DNA from: Chiloscyllium plagiosum
Lineage: Eukaryota
Reading direction: 5' to 3'
Length of the DNA stretch: 41,898 bases
NCBI RefSeq assembly: GCF_004010195.1
Contig: NW_025214776.1
Span: forward strand, 8,728 to 50,625
Position 1 is the first letter of the stretch; each line of letters begins with the position of its first letter. Shown one piece after another: positions 25,323 to 35,509 of the stretch. Position numbers and translations under genes: made by a program. The notes under the pieces were generated by a model that had not been told where the DNA came from, searched no databases, and saw nothing but the letters and a program-made list of their open reading frames with translations.

Positions 25323-25631
25323 AGATTAGATTCCCTACAGTGTGGAAACAGGCATTTCGGCCCATCTAGTCCACAATGACCCTCCGAAGAGTAACCCACC
25401 AGGCACATTTCCCTCTGACTAATGCACCTAACATAATGGACAATTTAGCATGGCAAATTCACCTGGCCTGAACATATTCGGACTGTGGGAGGAAACCGGA
25501 GCACCCGGAGGAAACTCATGCAGACAAGTGGGGAATGTGCAAACTCCACACAGACAGTTGCCCAAAATTGGAATCGAACCTGGGACCCTGCTGCTGTCAA
25601 TCAGCAGTGTAAGCTACTGAGCCACCATGCC
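25323..25631 (-). mobile_element. HE1-type V-SINE
   Basis: B box (reverse complement of ggaatcgaacc), V domain and tail agattagattccctacagtgtggaaacaggc. Confidence 0.92.
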
Positions 25632-26322
25632 AGTAGAAGAGGGGACATTCACTGAAGTTTACAAAATTTTCAGGACTAGTTGTCCCTCTTCAGCTCTTGA
25701 AACAGGCTGTGACCATGTGCAACAAGACTTGGTCAACATTCAAGATCGCGCTGTTAAAGTCTGGGTAACGTTTATGTAACAGCACAGTACATTTCCACAG
25801 TTCCCTCAGGTATATGACTCTCCTACAACTGCTGGCAGTGCACTCGACTCACCCACCACTCTCTGTGTAAAGACTCTACCGTTGATATCTCCTCCAAACC
25901 TTCCTCCAATTGCCTTAAAATTATGCCACCTAGTCATAGACATTTCTGCCCTGGGAAAATGCTTCTGGCTATTCACATGTTTCTCTGCCTGTCATCATCT
26001 TGTACACCTCCATTGAGTAAAGCCCTCGCTCCCTCATGGTTTCTTCATAAGACATGCCTTCCAGTCCAGGCAGCATCTTGTTAAATCTCCTCCTGGTAAA
26101 TCGCACTTAATGAGAATTAGTTATGACCTCTACACTTTTTGGTGTCATTCACGGCACAAGGAAAGATGATTATCATTGGTGGGCATCAATCATCTCAGCC
26201 GTGGGACACATCTGCAGGAGATCCTCAGCGTAGCTACCTCAGCCCAGACATCTCCAGTTTGTCATCATAGAATCCCTACAGTGTGGAAGGAGGCGATTCA
26301 GCCCTTTGAGTCCAAACTGAGC

Positions 26323-26631
26323 AGATTAGATTCCCTACAGTGTGGAAACAGGCTTTTCGGCCCATCCAGTCCACAATGACCCTCCGAAGAGTAACCCACC
26401 AGGCACATGTCCCTCTGACTAATGCACCTAACATAATGGACAATTTAGCATGGCAAATTCACCTGGCCTGAACATCTTCGGACTGTGGGAGGAAACCGGA
26501 GCACCCGGAGGAAACCCATGCAGACAGGTGGGGAATGTGCAAACTCCACACAGACAGTTGCCCAAGGCTGGAATCGAACCTGGGACCCTGGTGCTGTCAA
26601 GCAGCAGTGTAAGCTACTGAGCCACCATGCC
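26323..26631 (-). mobile_element. HE1-type V-SINE (duplicate)
   Basis: Copy of 25323-25631 inside the tandem duplication. Confidence 0.92.
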
Positions 26632-26800
26632 AGTAGAAGAGGGGGCATTCACGGAAGTTTACAAAATTTTCAGGACTAGTTGTCCCTCTTCAGCTCTTGA
26701 AACAGTCTGTGACCATGTACAGCAAGACCTGGACAACATTCAAGACCGTGCTGTTAAAGTCTAGGTAACATTTATGTAACAGCACAGCACATTTCCACAG

Positions 26801-27520
26801 TAAAAGGAGGAGTTCATTCAGCACCTCAATCTGGTTTCACAAAAATGTGGGGAAGCCATTCATCCCATCAAAACTAGTGGGCAAGAAGAAGGATAGCCCA
26901 TTCAATCCCTCCTGCCCATTGCACAGGAAGACAGGGAGTCTGCTCTCTCCCACATTTCACATACATGGAGTCAGAAAGAACCACTTAACACCCGGAGTCA
27001 CTTACAAAGTAACAGGAAGAGGGTATTGAGCTTGTCAAGCCTCTAACACAGGAACAGGAAAATGTCAGAGATGCTCTAACATCACAAACAACTGGGCAGG
27101 GTCTGCACAGACAGACTGCTCCAAATTGATCCACATGACTTAATTACTCAAGGTACATATGTGTTACTATAACATGGTTTTCTGGCAGTCGGAATGAAGC
27201 CAACATTGTTTAGCCATTCTCCAAGTTATCTTCCATCTCCAAGAAGGCATACCCATGGTCTCCGTGGAGGTCAGAAGCCATTGGGGAATAACTAATTGTT
27301 TCAGAATGAAGGTATTTTGGCCGATGACAGGATTGTGTACAAAGTGACATTCAATGCAGTGTCACACAGTAACTGTGCATTAAAGTGGTCAGAGTTCATT
27401 CAGAGCCTGTGCCTCTCCGTCAATCGACATGGGGGCTCTGCAGATGCATGTAAAGTGTCGTGAATCAAACATCCAATGAAAAGTATGAAATTTTCACCAT
27501 ATTCAGCTGTTGGGAAATAA
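26801..27520 (+). pseudogene. Three to four abutting Ig CH-like domain remnants
   Basis: One frame reads PIQSLLPIAQE (26897)...HISHTW (26951)...NTRSHL (26987), then KVT...Y*ACQASNTGTG...NIT; next domain VTITWFSG...*LIVSE...DIQCSVTQ. Confidence 0.65.
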
Positions 27521-27529
27521 TGAGTTTCT

Positions 27530-28660
27530 GTCTATACCCATCAAGCTTCAACTTCTTTTTCTCACACAGCGCTAAAGATTAAACACATAGTTACTGCACT
27601 CTCTTCTCATGATAACATCATGCCAGTGTTTAGTCTGGTCAAACTACTTTGCACTCTCTCAGTGACAAAGGATCATTGTTTATAAAGCAGACCAAACCTT
27701 TACACAATGCACCAAATACTCTCTCAAAAAACACGATCAGTGGGAAAGATATTCTAACTTTTGTACTTCAATCATTTTGCATGAAGAACCACATATCATT
27801 TACTTCCTGCCCCCGTATGAATTCTGTCAGTGACTTATGACCAAGGACATCCAGGTCCTTTTCAACAAAAGCATTCGCCAACCTCTCGACCATTTAATAA
27901 ATATAAATGTACATGATGATATTTGTTGTTCACATCTGAATCATTTTTATACTTTGTGAACAGCTATTGCCCAAACTCTGATCCTGCTGCCGCCCATCAA
28001 TCCTTCAGTCCAGAGAAAAACAGTATTCTTCTCGTATCTCCATTCCCCAATGTTTAATCTATGTGGTATATATTCCACCCCTACCTACCCATGGGCCCTA
28101 ACATTCCCCATTCACCTGTATTCAAACATGTCAAGCGTCTTCTAAAAATACAAATACTCCACTCCCATTGGTCCTCAACTGTCGATGTCACAACGGATAA
28201 TCGCCACAAACAGGTTTATCAAAGATCATTTCCCTTTCCTGAATCTAGGCCGAATGTACCAAATCATATCATTATTCTCGAAGTATCTAGTTGAGAAACG
28301 TTCCTTATAAAACGTTCCAATATTTTTTTTCTCACAACTGACATCAAGCTATTTAGTTTTGTGTTTTCCCACTCCATCCTGTTTTAAATATTTAGGTTTA
28401 CAATAGTTGTTTTCCAGTCTGAAGCATCCTATCCAGAATCTAACTAGCTTTGAAGAATAATCAGTAATTTTTTCATTAGCTCTGTTCTCATCTCAATCAC
28501 TCTGGTATGTATCTCATCAGATGCGGCAACTTATGAAACTTCAATTCAAATAGATGTTCAATGACATACTCTTTATTAATTCTGATTTCATGCAGTTTCC
28601 CTTTTTTACCAATCACTCTGTTCCCTAATATATCTGCAAGTTAGTTTCTGTACCTTCGCC
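27530..28660 (-). mobile_element. Degenerate CR1 LINE fragments
   Basis: Reverse-complement CR1 RT motifs (ccaaactctgatcctg, gtcaagcgtcttctaaaaatacaaata, tttccagtctgaagcatcctatccagaatc). Confidence 0.65.
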
Positions 28661-28664
28661 TGTG

Positions 28665-29552
28665 GAGATGGAACAAATGCATTCCTCTCAGCAGGCAGGT
28701 GGTTTCTGCTGAGCTTATGAATACATTGGAGGATTGCACTTCAGAGATGGTGGATATATTACTCACTGCTGCCTGCAAAGTTCCTGAATCAACCCAGTTT
28801 AATTCATTGTGAGTGTCAGCACAATCCTGTCCCTGGTGTGAGACGACAGGTTATCCTGAAGGAGGGGATACACCTCGGTGACCACCTCAATTTTCAGACA
28901 AGCTGGTTTTACACTTTACACCTGAATGGGTGCAGCTTAGACAAATGTTCCTGGAAATCTCAGAGAGTATAATACAGTGCCCTGATCCTCTCAGTTTACA
29001 CAGCTTCCCTTCTTTGTAGTCTCAGCTCTATTTGTTTACCATGGACCCAGACACACTGAAAATGCAGTATTCGCAGTGGGGTCCCCAGACCCTCGCGGCT
29101 CCCTGAGTGAACCCAGTAGCTGACATCACAATCCTGAGAACACCATCCACAGAGCCTCCATTGACTTTCTAGATGACAGCAGCAAGTCAATTCTCCACAC
29201 CCATAGTGCATCCATTCAGTGTTGAAAATGCCTCGGTTTCCTCAGTTTCTCTTCCTGGCTGAGAAAGCTGTTGCATCTCCACACAGTCGCACAGCAACAG
29301 TTCCTCTCTCCAAAGAAGCAGCTGACAATGGAACATTACGTTTCTCTATATCTCAGCGAATATAAGTATTGCTGATGGAGTTGATCACCACACTCAGAGA
29401 CAAAAGATAGAGGAACATAACTCATGGTAAGCAGGGACATCCCGTAATAAATATGATATTCAGGAATATGCGAAAAGGGGAAATGTTAGAATAACTTCCC
29501 ATTCTGTTTTCCTTCCAGTCCATCATCAGCATCATTTTGCTTGCTTTTCCTT

Positions 29553-29592
<40 letters not shown>

Positions 29593-29680
29593 TTGCTGGA
29601 CATCATCCACTCAACACAAACCTCCTGCTCAGCCTTCCAACCATCCCTGATATAATAATATTATTTCTCAGTTGCATTCA
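28665..29680 (+). pseudogene. About five abutting Ig CH-like domain remnants
   Basis: DGT..SRQVVSAE; CETTGYP...YTSV/HLNFQTSWF/LYT*...ESIIQCPDPLSLH; DPDTLKMQ...NPENT; ILHTHSASIQC (29190)/VENASVSSVS/SWLRK...DNGT..FSISQRI...YC/GVDHHTQRQKIE/RNIT; PVINM...NVRIT...NIISQL. Confidence 0.68.
29553..29593. repeat. (CT)n microsatellite
   Basis: Direct observation. Confidence 0.95.
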
Positions 29681-29839
29681 GTTTTGATAGGTTCACTGAA
29701 CTCGAAACGCTATTTGTGTTTCTTCCGACAGACTGCCATACCTGCTGAGGTTCTCCAACATTCTTTCAGACGGTGGAGAATTTTATTTCAGATCGCCAGC
29801 ATCCGCATTTCCTTGGTTACTTCAACTTTAATGTTGTTG

Positions 29840-30190
29840 TTTCGCGCGATGCCAGCATCACTGGCAAGGGCAGTATTTGTTGTCCAATCTAACTGCCCTT
29901 GACCATGCTGCCATTTGTCAAGGCAGTATGGAGGCAACCATAGTGTTGTGGATCTGAGCTGACACTTAGTTCAGACAGGGCAAAAATGTTAAGTTTCTTT
30001 ACCAAAGGTTATCAATAAAAAAGGAAAAGAAACCCTGATGGTTTATGGTTGCCATGAGTGAAATTAGGTTTCATTCCACTTTTTGTCATTGGAATTTAAA
30101 TTTAGTCATCAGCAGTGGTAGGATTTCAGACAATGGTTTTTGAGTCATAACCCGTGCCGCTGAATTACACAGTCAGTGACATTATTAAGA
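29840..30190 (-). mobile_element. Degenerate SacSINE1-like Deu-SINE
   Basis: gcatcactggcaagggcagtatttgttgtccaatctaactgcccttga...gtggatctgagctgacac; colinear with 13500-13838. Confidence 0.6.
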
Positions 30191-30540
30191 GTCCCTGTGG
30201 TGAAGTAACTGTAGAGACAAGAACAAGTTTGTGGTCAAACAATTTGTAACTGGAAGAGAGTTCAGAAGAGAACTGGAGCCATAAAAACTGTCGTAAACGA
30301 AGGGGTAGATGATGGCGAAGTCAGCAACAGAACTCAGGCAGAGCTGGAGATTGGGGATATTATGTGGGTGGGTATCGGCAAGTTTGATCACAGAGAGAAT
30401 ATGGAGACATAAACAGTTCACGGTAAAAAGTGACTCAAGGTTCCGAACAGTCTTGTTCCTTCTCAGTTGTTTATGAGTAAGTCGTTTGGAAATGCATGAG
30501 AAGGAAATGGCGTTTGTGACTGAAAGTTCATGTATTTGTT
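30190..30540 (-). mobile_element. Degenerate L2-like LINE RT fragment
   Basis: Minus-strand SSVADFAIIYP recalls YADDxxxY; aagtgactcaaggttccgaacagtc. Confidence 0.4.
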
Positions 30541-30549
30541 AAATATAAT

Positions 30550-31265
30550 CAGACAGAATAGCAATAACATGCAGCCTCATTTATAGAATTGACAGAGATA
30601 GACTTACCAGGAACACCAATAATAGCGGGAATGGGATAGTACCCAGCTTGAATAATCATCAGTACAGCTCGTATCCGCAACTGTAACCGTGGCCAATCCT
30701 GAGAAAGCCAATAAAGACCCGATGATAAACTCCTGTCCATTGTTGGAACATTCCAGCCTAATGTTGTCAGATTCTGATCCATTGTTGGAACATTCCAGTC
30801 TATTGTTCTCCTATTCTGATCCATTGTTGGAGCATTCTAATGTTCTCAGATTCTGATTTCTCTCTCTTTCTCTGCAGCTGCTGATTCCAATCTTGTGGAG
30901 GTTGACTCTGCCCCAAATACTATGGCATAACAAGTTGAAAGAAGGTCCTAATTATGGAAGAGGGAAATCCTCCAGTGACTCAGATGGGTCCAGGAAGACT
31001 GATATTAATCACAATCACTGAACAAACAGCTCCAGTTAACCCATTTCACGGCAGCTCTGATGTATCACAATAATACTTGGTGTGGGTGAAATTTTGATAT
31101 CGCTGATTATTGGTCGAATGGCACATCTCCAGTTGTAAACATAGAGGTGAGGGAAAGAAATAATTCTTTCTCTGCACAAGCTCGATTATTCTGCTGTGTT
31201 TTAGCAGTGTAGGAATTGCTGGGCTCCCGAGGCTGTCTGTGTCTGATCACCAGGCCTGCTACATA
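30550..31265 (+). pseudogene. Three Ig CH-like domain remnants split by a short tandem repeat
   Basis: AITCSLIY (30561)...NNHQYSSYPQL; WRLTLPQILWHN; LLVEWH...RNNSFSAQARL (31156)...GC/VSDHQA. Confidence 0.6.
30735..30858. repeat. ~42-bp tandem repeat, about 3 copies
   Basis: tccattgttggaacattccagcctaatgttgtcagattctga repeated. Confidence 0.9.
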
Positions 31266-31267
31266 AT

Positions 31268-31848
31268 TTCGTTTTATTTATTTATGTTTAACATTGACTT
31301 TTGTCTGTCCAGCATTTAGGTGGGTTTAGACATTTTTGAGAGACACCTACAGATCCATAGATGATGTAGATACAGTCCATTCCTTGTGCTCTTGCAGCCA
31401 CGGCCTGGTCCTGTGGAGTGATGGTCAAACTCTCACAGAACCAGGATTCTTAGTTTTACCTTTTGCCAGTTATTGCTGGAGTCTCAGCAGAGTTGGAAGG
31501 CAGGAAATCTCTCCAGGGTGCTGCACACTCTCTCTGTGATTTCTCTCGGAACTGTCTTTTGATGTTCTTTCCTCCTGGATTGGAGAACTGCATGTCAGAC
31601 AATCTGTTTCCTGCATTTGCTTTTTGACATTTGTGTGTTTATTGGATGATACCATATTGGAGCAGTTACTTTATCGCTGTTAAATAAACTATTATTCAGC
31701 TAAGTTTTCCAACAGAATTAAGTTATTGCAAGTTCCTCTTCCTTTTGTTGTCTTTTATCAACAATATTCAAATAAATAGTGTTTTGCTTAATGTTGAATA
31801 TTTTGACCAAGTAAATTCTATCTGAAACACATCACCTCACATTTACCA
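31268..31848 (+). mobile_element. Probable solo LTR fragment
   Basis: Non-coding T-rich body with aataaa signals (31683, 31771) and a 3' segment aataaatagtgttttgcttaatgttgaatattttgacca that I recall from elasmobranch LTR-like repeats; termini and TSD not resolved. Confidence 0.4.
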
Positions 31849-31849
31849 G

Positions 31850-32450
31850 CGGAATGGGCCGAGCTGGAGGAGCGATAATCATGTCAGGAATTATATCAGA
31901 AACTGAATCCACCTCTCAGATCCAGCCTGGCTAGCCCAGATAAGATACCTGCTCAGCATGAAGCACTGTGTAGACTTGGCTAGTGTCCTGCTCAGCAATC
32001 CATCCAGGATCGAACACTGTTTAGAACTCACCAGTTCACCACTTATCGGTCCAACAGTGCACTGATCTATAAACTTGGACTCGATAATCTTTTCAGCACA
32101 GGGCGCTGTGCAGAACACACAAAGGCATTGTTCTATACACACGGACTGGATATCTGTGCAGCATGGGGAGCTGTGCAGTGAATAGCAGTGAATTTATCCA
32201 TTCATCTGGAGCACTGATTTCCCAGCATACACAGCTGCGTACACAAATCACTGTATTGCTGAGTAACACTGTATCAGATCACTGCCCAGCGTGGGGAAAC
32301 TTGCAGCTCATGCTGGAAGTGACAGGATGTGCAGCTCCCTCCATTTACAGCTCCATATCTACAGTGTGGCAGGACACAGGGGTGCTGTGGAAGTGAAACT
32401 CACTGCCGGACAGAGATGGCGGGGGAATCAGTTTAAATACCAACAAATGG
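31850..32450 (+). pseudogene. Three Ig CH-like domain remnants
   Basis: KIPAQ...VSCSAIHPGSNTV (31983); LDICAAW/GSCAVNSSEF; QITVLLSN...NLQLMLEVTGCAAPSI (ORF 32163-32396)...KLTAGQRWRGNQFKY. Confidence 0.65.
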
Positions 32451-32689
32451 GAGGAGCTTGGTTAAAAAGCGAGGGGGAGATTGAGAGAGAATTTCAGAGA
32501 AGGATCTGATAGTAGGTTTAAAAATTGTGAAATGAAAACATTTCGATAGCATCTTGCAATATAGACCACTGTTTCCAGGAATGATGGGTGAGAAGGATAT
32601 TGGTGTAAGTTAAGATGATGGAGAGTTTTGGATAAGCATTCGTCCTGTAACTTTGTAACTGGTCGTCGGATCAGCAGAGTCTTCAACTC

Positions 32690-33710
32690 ACTGGGCTGAA
32701 ACGAACAATAAGTTGACTCAGTGCCATTTCAATTGACTGTGACAGAAGGAATATCTGCATGAGGCAGAGCTAGTTTCCTGGTGTTATCATATCGAACTCA
32801 CCTCATTACCGATCCACCCCACCCCATGATGTCCCTCTCATTCAATACCAGCCCGATTCTCCTACACATCATGGCTGGAGGTACACACCATCACCCGGGT
32901 ATCCCTGGATATTCAGTGATCCCTGGCACTGCTGCCATCTTTAAAAGGCACACGGTTGAGCCTTCTCAGTTTGGAGCTTCCCTGCATAGTTTCCCGAGCA
33001 TGGTAAATAAGGGCGAATTACACCACAGCTTGTCGACAGGGGCACGGAGGTCCTGGCGAATGGTCTAGTACAGAGGGAGACCATTCTCTTCCCAGAGGGA
33101 GCCGCACCACCAGACTCACCGAGCATGGTCTGAGCACACCGCCCAGCACAGTGCAGTATCTGCGGTCCGAAGAAAAGTCCAGCAATACAGTACAGGAAAA
33201 GCATCAATATCCTTCCCCACTCTGTCAGGATAAGGGTCACCATATTCTCTCCACTCTCTCACACTCACTGTATATCTGTTAGCGCCTTTTCCAGAATAAG
33301 GCTCCATCACTCTCACCACTGCAATGCAGCACCTTCTCTCTCTCTCACTTATGCAAAACCCCCACATTGTTATAAAATGCTCTTATGAGTGCTGTTTCTA
33401 GAATTCTCTGAATGATGTCGTTTGTACAATGTTCCAGATAATTTTCAAAATAATTCAACTTTAGCAAAATGTTCATCCTCCAGTATGTAACGCATCAGAG
33501 GAAGGAGCAGAGTTTTACTTTTTTAAAAATCACTCAGGATGAAAGTGCCTCATGAGGCCATTCAGCCTCTCAAATATGCTCCACTATTCAGACAATGGGA
33601 GCACCTAAACACTTGAATACTCACTCTCTTCACGAAGACAGGCGCCACAATGGAGTTTCGCTAGTTTCACTGGAACACTCCTGTAATCCCGAGAGTTATG
33701 GAATATTTCA
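32690..33710 (+). pseudogene. Five to six abutting Ig CH-like domain remnants
   Basis: RTIS*LSAISIDCDRRNIC (32702); GYPWIFSDPW...AFSVWSF/IVSRAW*IRANYT; EGDHS...RAWS...RKSINI; TVYLLAPFPE*GSITL; PHIVIKCSYE/LFLEFS...CRLYNVP...SLRMKVPHE. Confidence 0.65.
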
Positions 33711-34663
33711 NNNNNNNNNNNNNNNNNNNNNNNNNNNNNNNNNNNNNNNNNNNNNNNNNNNNNNNNNNNNNNNNNNNNNNNNNNNNNNNNNNNNNNNNNN
33801 NNNNNNNNNNNNNNNNNNNNNNNNNNNNNNNNNNNNNNNNNNNNNNNNNNNNNNNNNNNNNNNNNNNNNNNNNNNNNNNNNNNNNNNNNNNNNNNNNNNN
33901 NNNNNNNNNNNNNNNNNNNNNNNNNNNNNNNNNNNNNNNNNNNNNNNNNNNNNNNNNNNNNNNNNNNNNNNNNNNNNNNNNNNNNNNNNNNNNNNNNNNN
34001 NNNNNNNNNNNNNNNNNNNNNNNNNNNNNNNNNNNNNNNNNNNNNNNNNNNNNNNNNNNNNNNNNNNNNNNNNNNNNNNNNNNNNNNNNNNNNNNNNNNN
34101 NNNNNNNNNNNNNNNNNNNNNNNNNNNNNNNNNNNNNNNNNNNNNNNNNNNNNNNNNNNNNNNNNNNNNNNNNNNNNNNNNNNNNNNNNNNNNNNNNNNN
34201 NNNNNNNNNNNNNNNNNNNNNNNNNNNNNNNNNNNNNNNNNNNNNNNNNNNNNNNNNNNNNNNNNNNNNNNNNNNNNNNNNNNNNNNNNNNNNNNNNNNN
34301 NNNNNNNNNNNNNNNNNNNNNNNNNNNNNNNNNNNNNNNNNNNNNNNNNNNNNNNNNNNNNNNNNNNNNNNNNNNNNNNNNNNNNNNNNNNNNNNNNNNN
34401 NNNNNNNNNNNNNNNNNNNNNNNNNNNNNNNNNNNNNNNNNNNNNNNNNNNNNNNNNNNNNNNNNNNNNNNNNNNNNNNNNNNNNNNNNNNNNNNNNNNN
34501 NNNNNNNNNNNNNNNNNNNNNNNNNNNNNNNNNNNNNNNNNNNNNNNNNNNNNNNNNNNNNNNNNNNNNNNNNNNNNNNNNNNNNNNNNNNNNNNNNNNN
34601 NNNNNNNNNNNNNNNNNNNNNNNNNNNNNNNNNNNNNNNNNNNNNNNNNNNNNNNNNNNNNNN
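33711..34663. other. Assembly gap
   Basis: N run. Confidence 1.
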
Positions 34664-34759
34664 GTACCTGCTTAAATGCTCCCCCCCCCCCCCACACACA
34701 CACACATCTGCTGACCTTCACCTATGTCTATTTTCACACTCCGTATTTGACCAGATATA

Positions 34760-34870
34760 TGACATAAATCTGTATTTGAAAAGACTGGCTCTTTTTAATC
34801 ATTCAGGGGGAACCTACGTATGTGGCTGAACACATGATCAACTGAGGGTGACTCCATTCTCCCAGTTTCC
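34760..34870 (+). pseudogene. C-terminal half of an Ig CH-like domain
   Basis: INLYLK...SGGTYVCG*THDQL (34803-34844), a close fit to SGxTYxCxVTHxxL. Confidence 0.65.
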
Positions 34871-34894
34871 CTGCCTCTGTCATTTCTGTTCGAT

Positions 34895-35500
34895 GATGCC
34901 ACATTCCCTTGGGAAGCTTCCTGCAAGTCATCCTTTTCTCTCAAACAAGAAATTCCCTCACTCTGATGGACTGAGCTTTCAGCTGTGACTGTCCCGTCTC
35001 CCTCTCTTCTGCCCTCACTCCGTCCCCTCCCTCACAGAACAGTGATAGATCTCCCATCGTCCTCACTTCCTACTGCACTACACTCTGCATTCGCAGAATC
35101 ATCCTCCACCGCTTCCACCACCTCCAGCAGGACAGCACCATCAAACACATCTTCCCCTCCCGTCCAATGTCAGTATTTCACAGGGACCACTCCTTCTTTG
35201 GCACGCCCCTTTACCCCGAACACTTCCCAACATCCCTTATGGACACTTCCCATGCAAATGCAGAAGCTGCAACATTTGCCCAATCATCTCTTCCCTCCTC
35301 ACTGTCCAAGGCCCCAAACATAGCTTCCAGGTGAAGCAGCATTTCACTTGTACACTTCCAATCCAGTCTCCAGTCATTGCTGCTCACAATACAGTCTCCT
35401 TTACATTAGTGAGCCAAACAGAATCTGTTTTGAGGAACATATGCACTCTGTCTGTCGGAATGACCCTGCCCTTCCCATTTCAATAACCTACATTGCTCTC
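34895..35500 (+). mobile_element. Penelope-like element, RT C-terminus/GIY-YIG remnant
   Basis: RIILHRFHHLQQDSTIKHIFP, TFPCKCRSCNICP, FQVKQHFTCT..N, LYISEP motifs. Confidence 0.8.
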
Positions 35501-35509
35501 AAGATAATG

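Larger units (their letters stand above)
24801..26800. repeat. Tandem duplication of a ~1.0-kb unit (24801-25800 / 25801-26800)
   Basis: Both units start ttccctca.gtat.tgactct and end atttccacag; each holds a CR1 3' fragment, a LINE fragment and an HE1 SINE. Confidence 0.95.
555..34870 (+). pseudogene. Fragmented array of degenerate immunoglobulin C1-set (heavy-chain constant-like, IgW/IgNAR-type) domains interrupted by transposons
   Basis: Manual translation of inter-TE sequence repeatedly gives ordered C1-set motifs (PxVxLLxP...xLxC...IxxxW...FSxxSxLxV...W..G..YxCxVxH) on the + strand. Examples: FGCNAIHEP (3177), YSCSLPNPFQKS (3798), LVLECPIS (14474), GETFYCS (17491), QWRSGARNY (22095), NTRSHL/ACQAS/NIT (26987-27086), VSCSAIHPGSNTV (31983), AFSVWSF/IVSRAW/NYT (32960-33024), TVYLLAPFPE (33267), SGGTYVCG*THDQL (34803). 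Many stops, frameshifts and internal deletions. Confidence 0.72.

Noticed and set aside
27140..29330. Minus-strand resemblances to chemokine, ZP-domain, MHC or glutamate-receptor fragments
   Set aside because: The matches are short, mutually inconsistent and need several frame changes. The + strand C1 interpretation is ordered and repeated across the window.
30735..30858. Repeat array considered as CRISPR-like
   Set aside because: Units are contiguous with no unique spacers, and the context is eukaryotic.
33120..33243. Minus-strand signal-peptide-like ORF (MVTLILTEWGRILMLFLYCIAGLFF...) ending at a phase-1 GTGAGT
   Set aside because: No coherent downstream exons on the minus strand. The same bases read as Ig CH motifs on + and are paralogous to 14070-14150, where this ORF is not conserved.
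33355..33420. Secretory tailpiece-like sequence (KPTLL/NA/VL...C)
   Set aside because: Reads better as the start of another CH domain (PHIVIK.SYE/LFLE...C..NVP), and CH motifs continue downstream.
7551..34767. Long ORFs containing X runs
   Set aside because: Artefacts of N gaps
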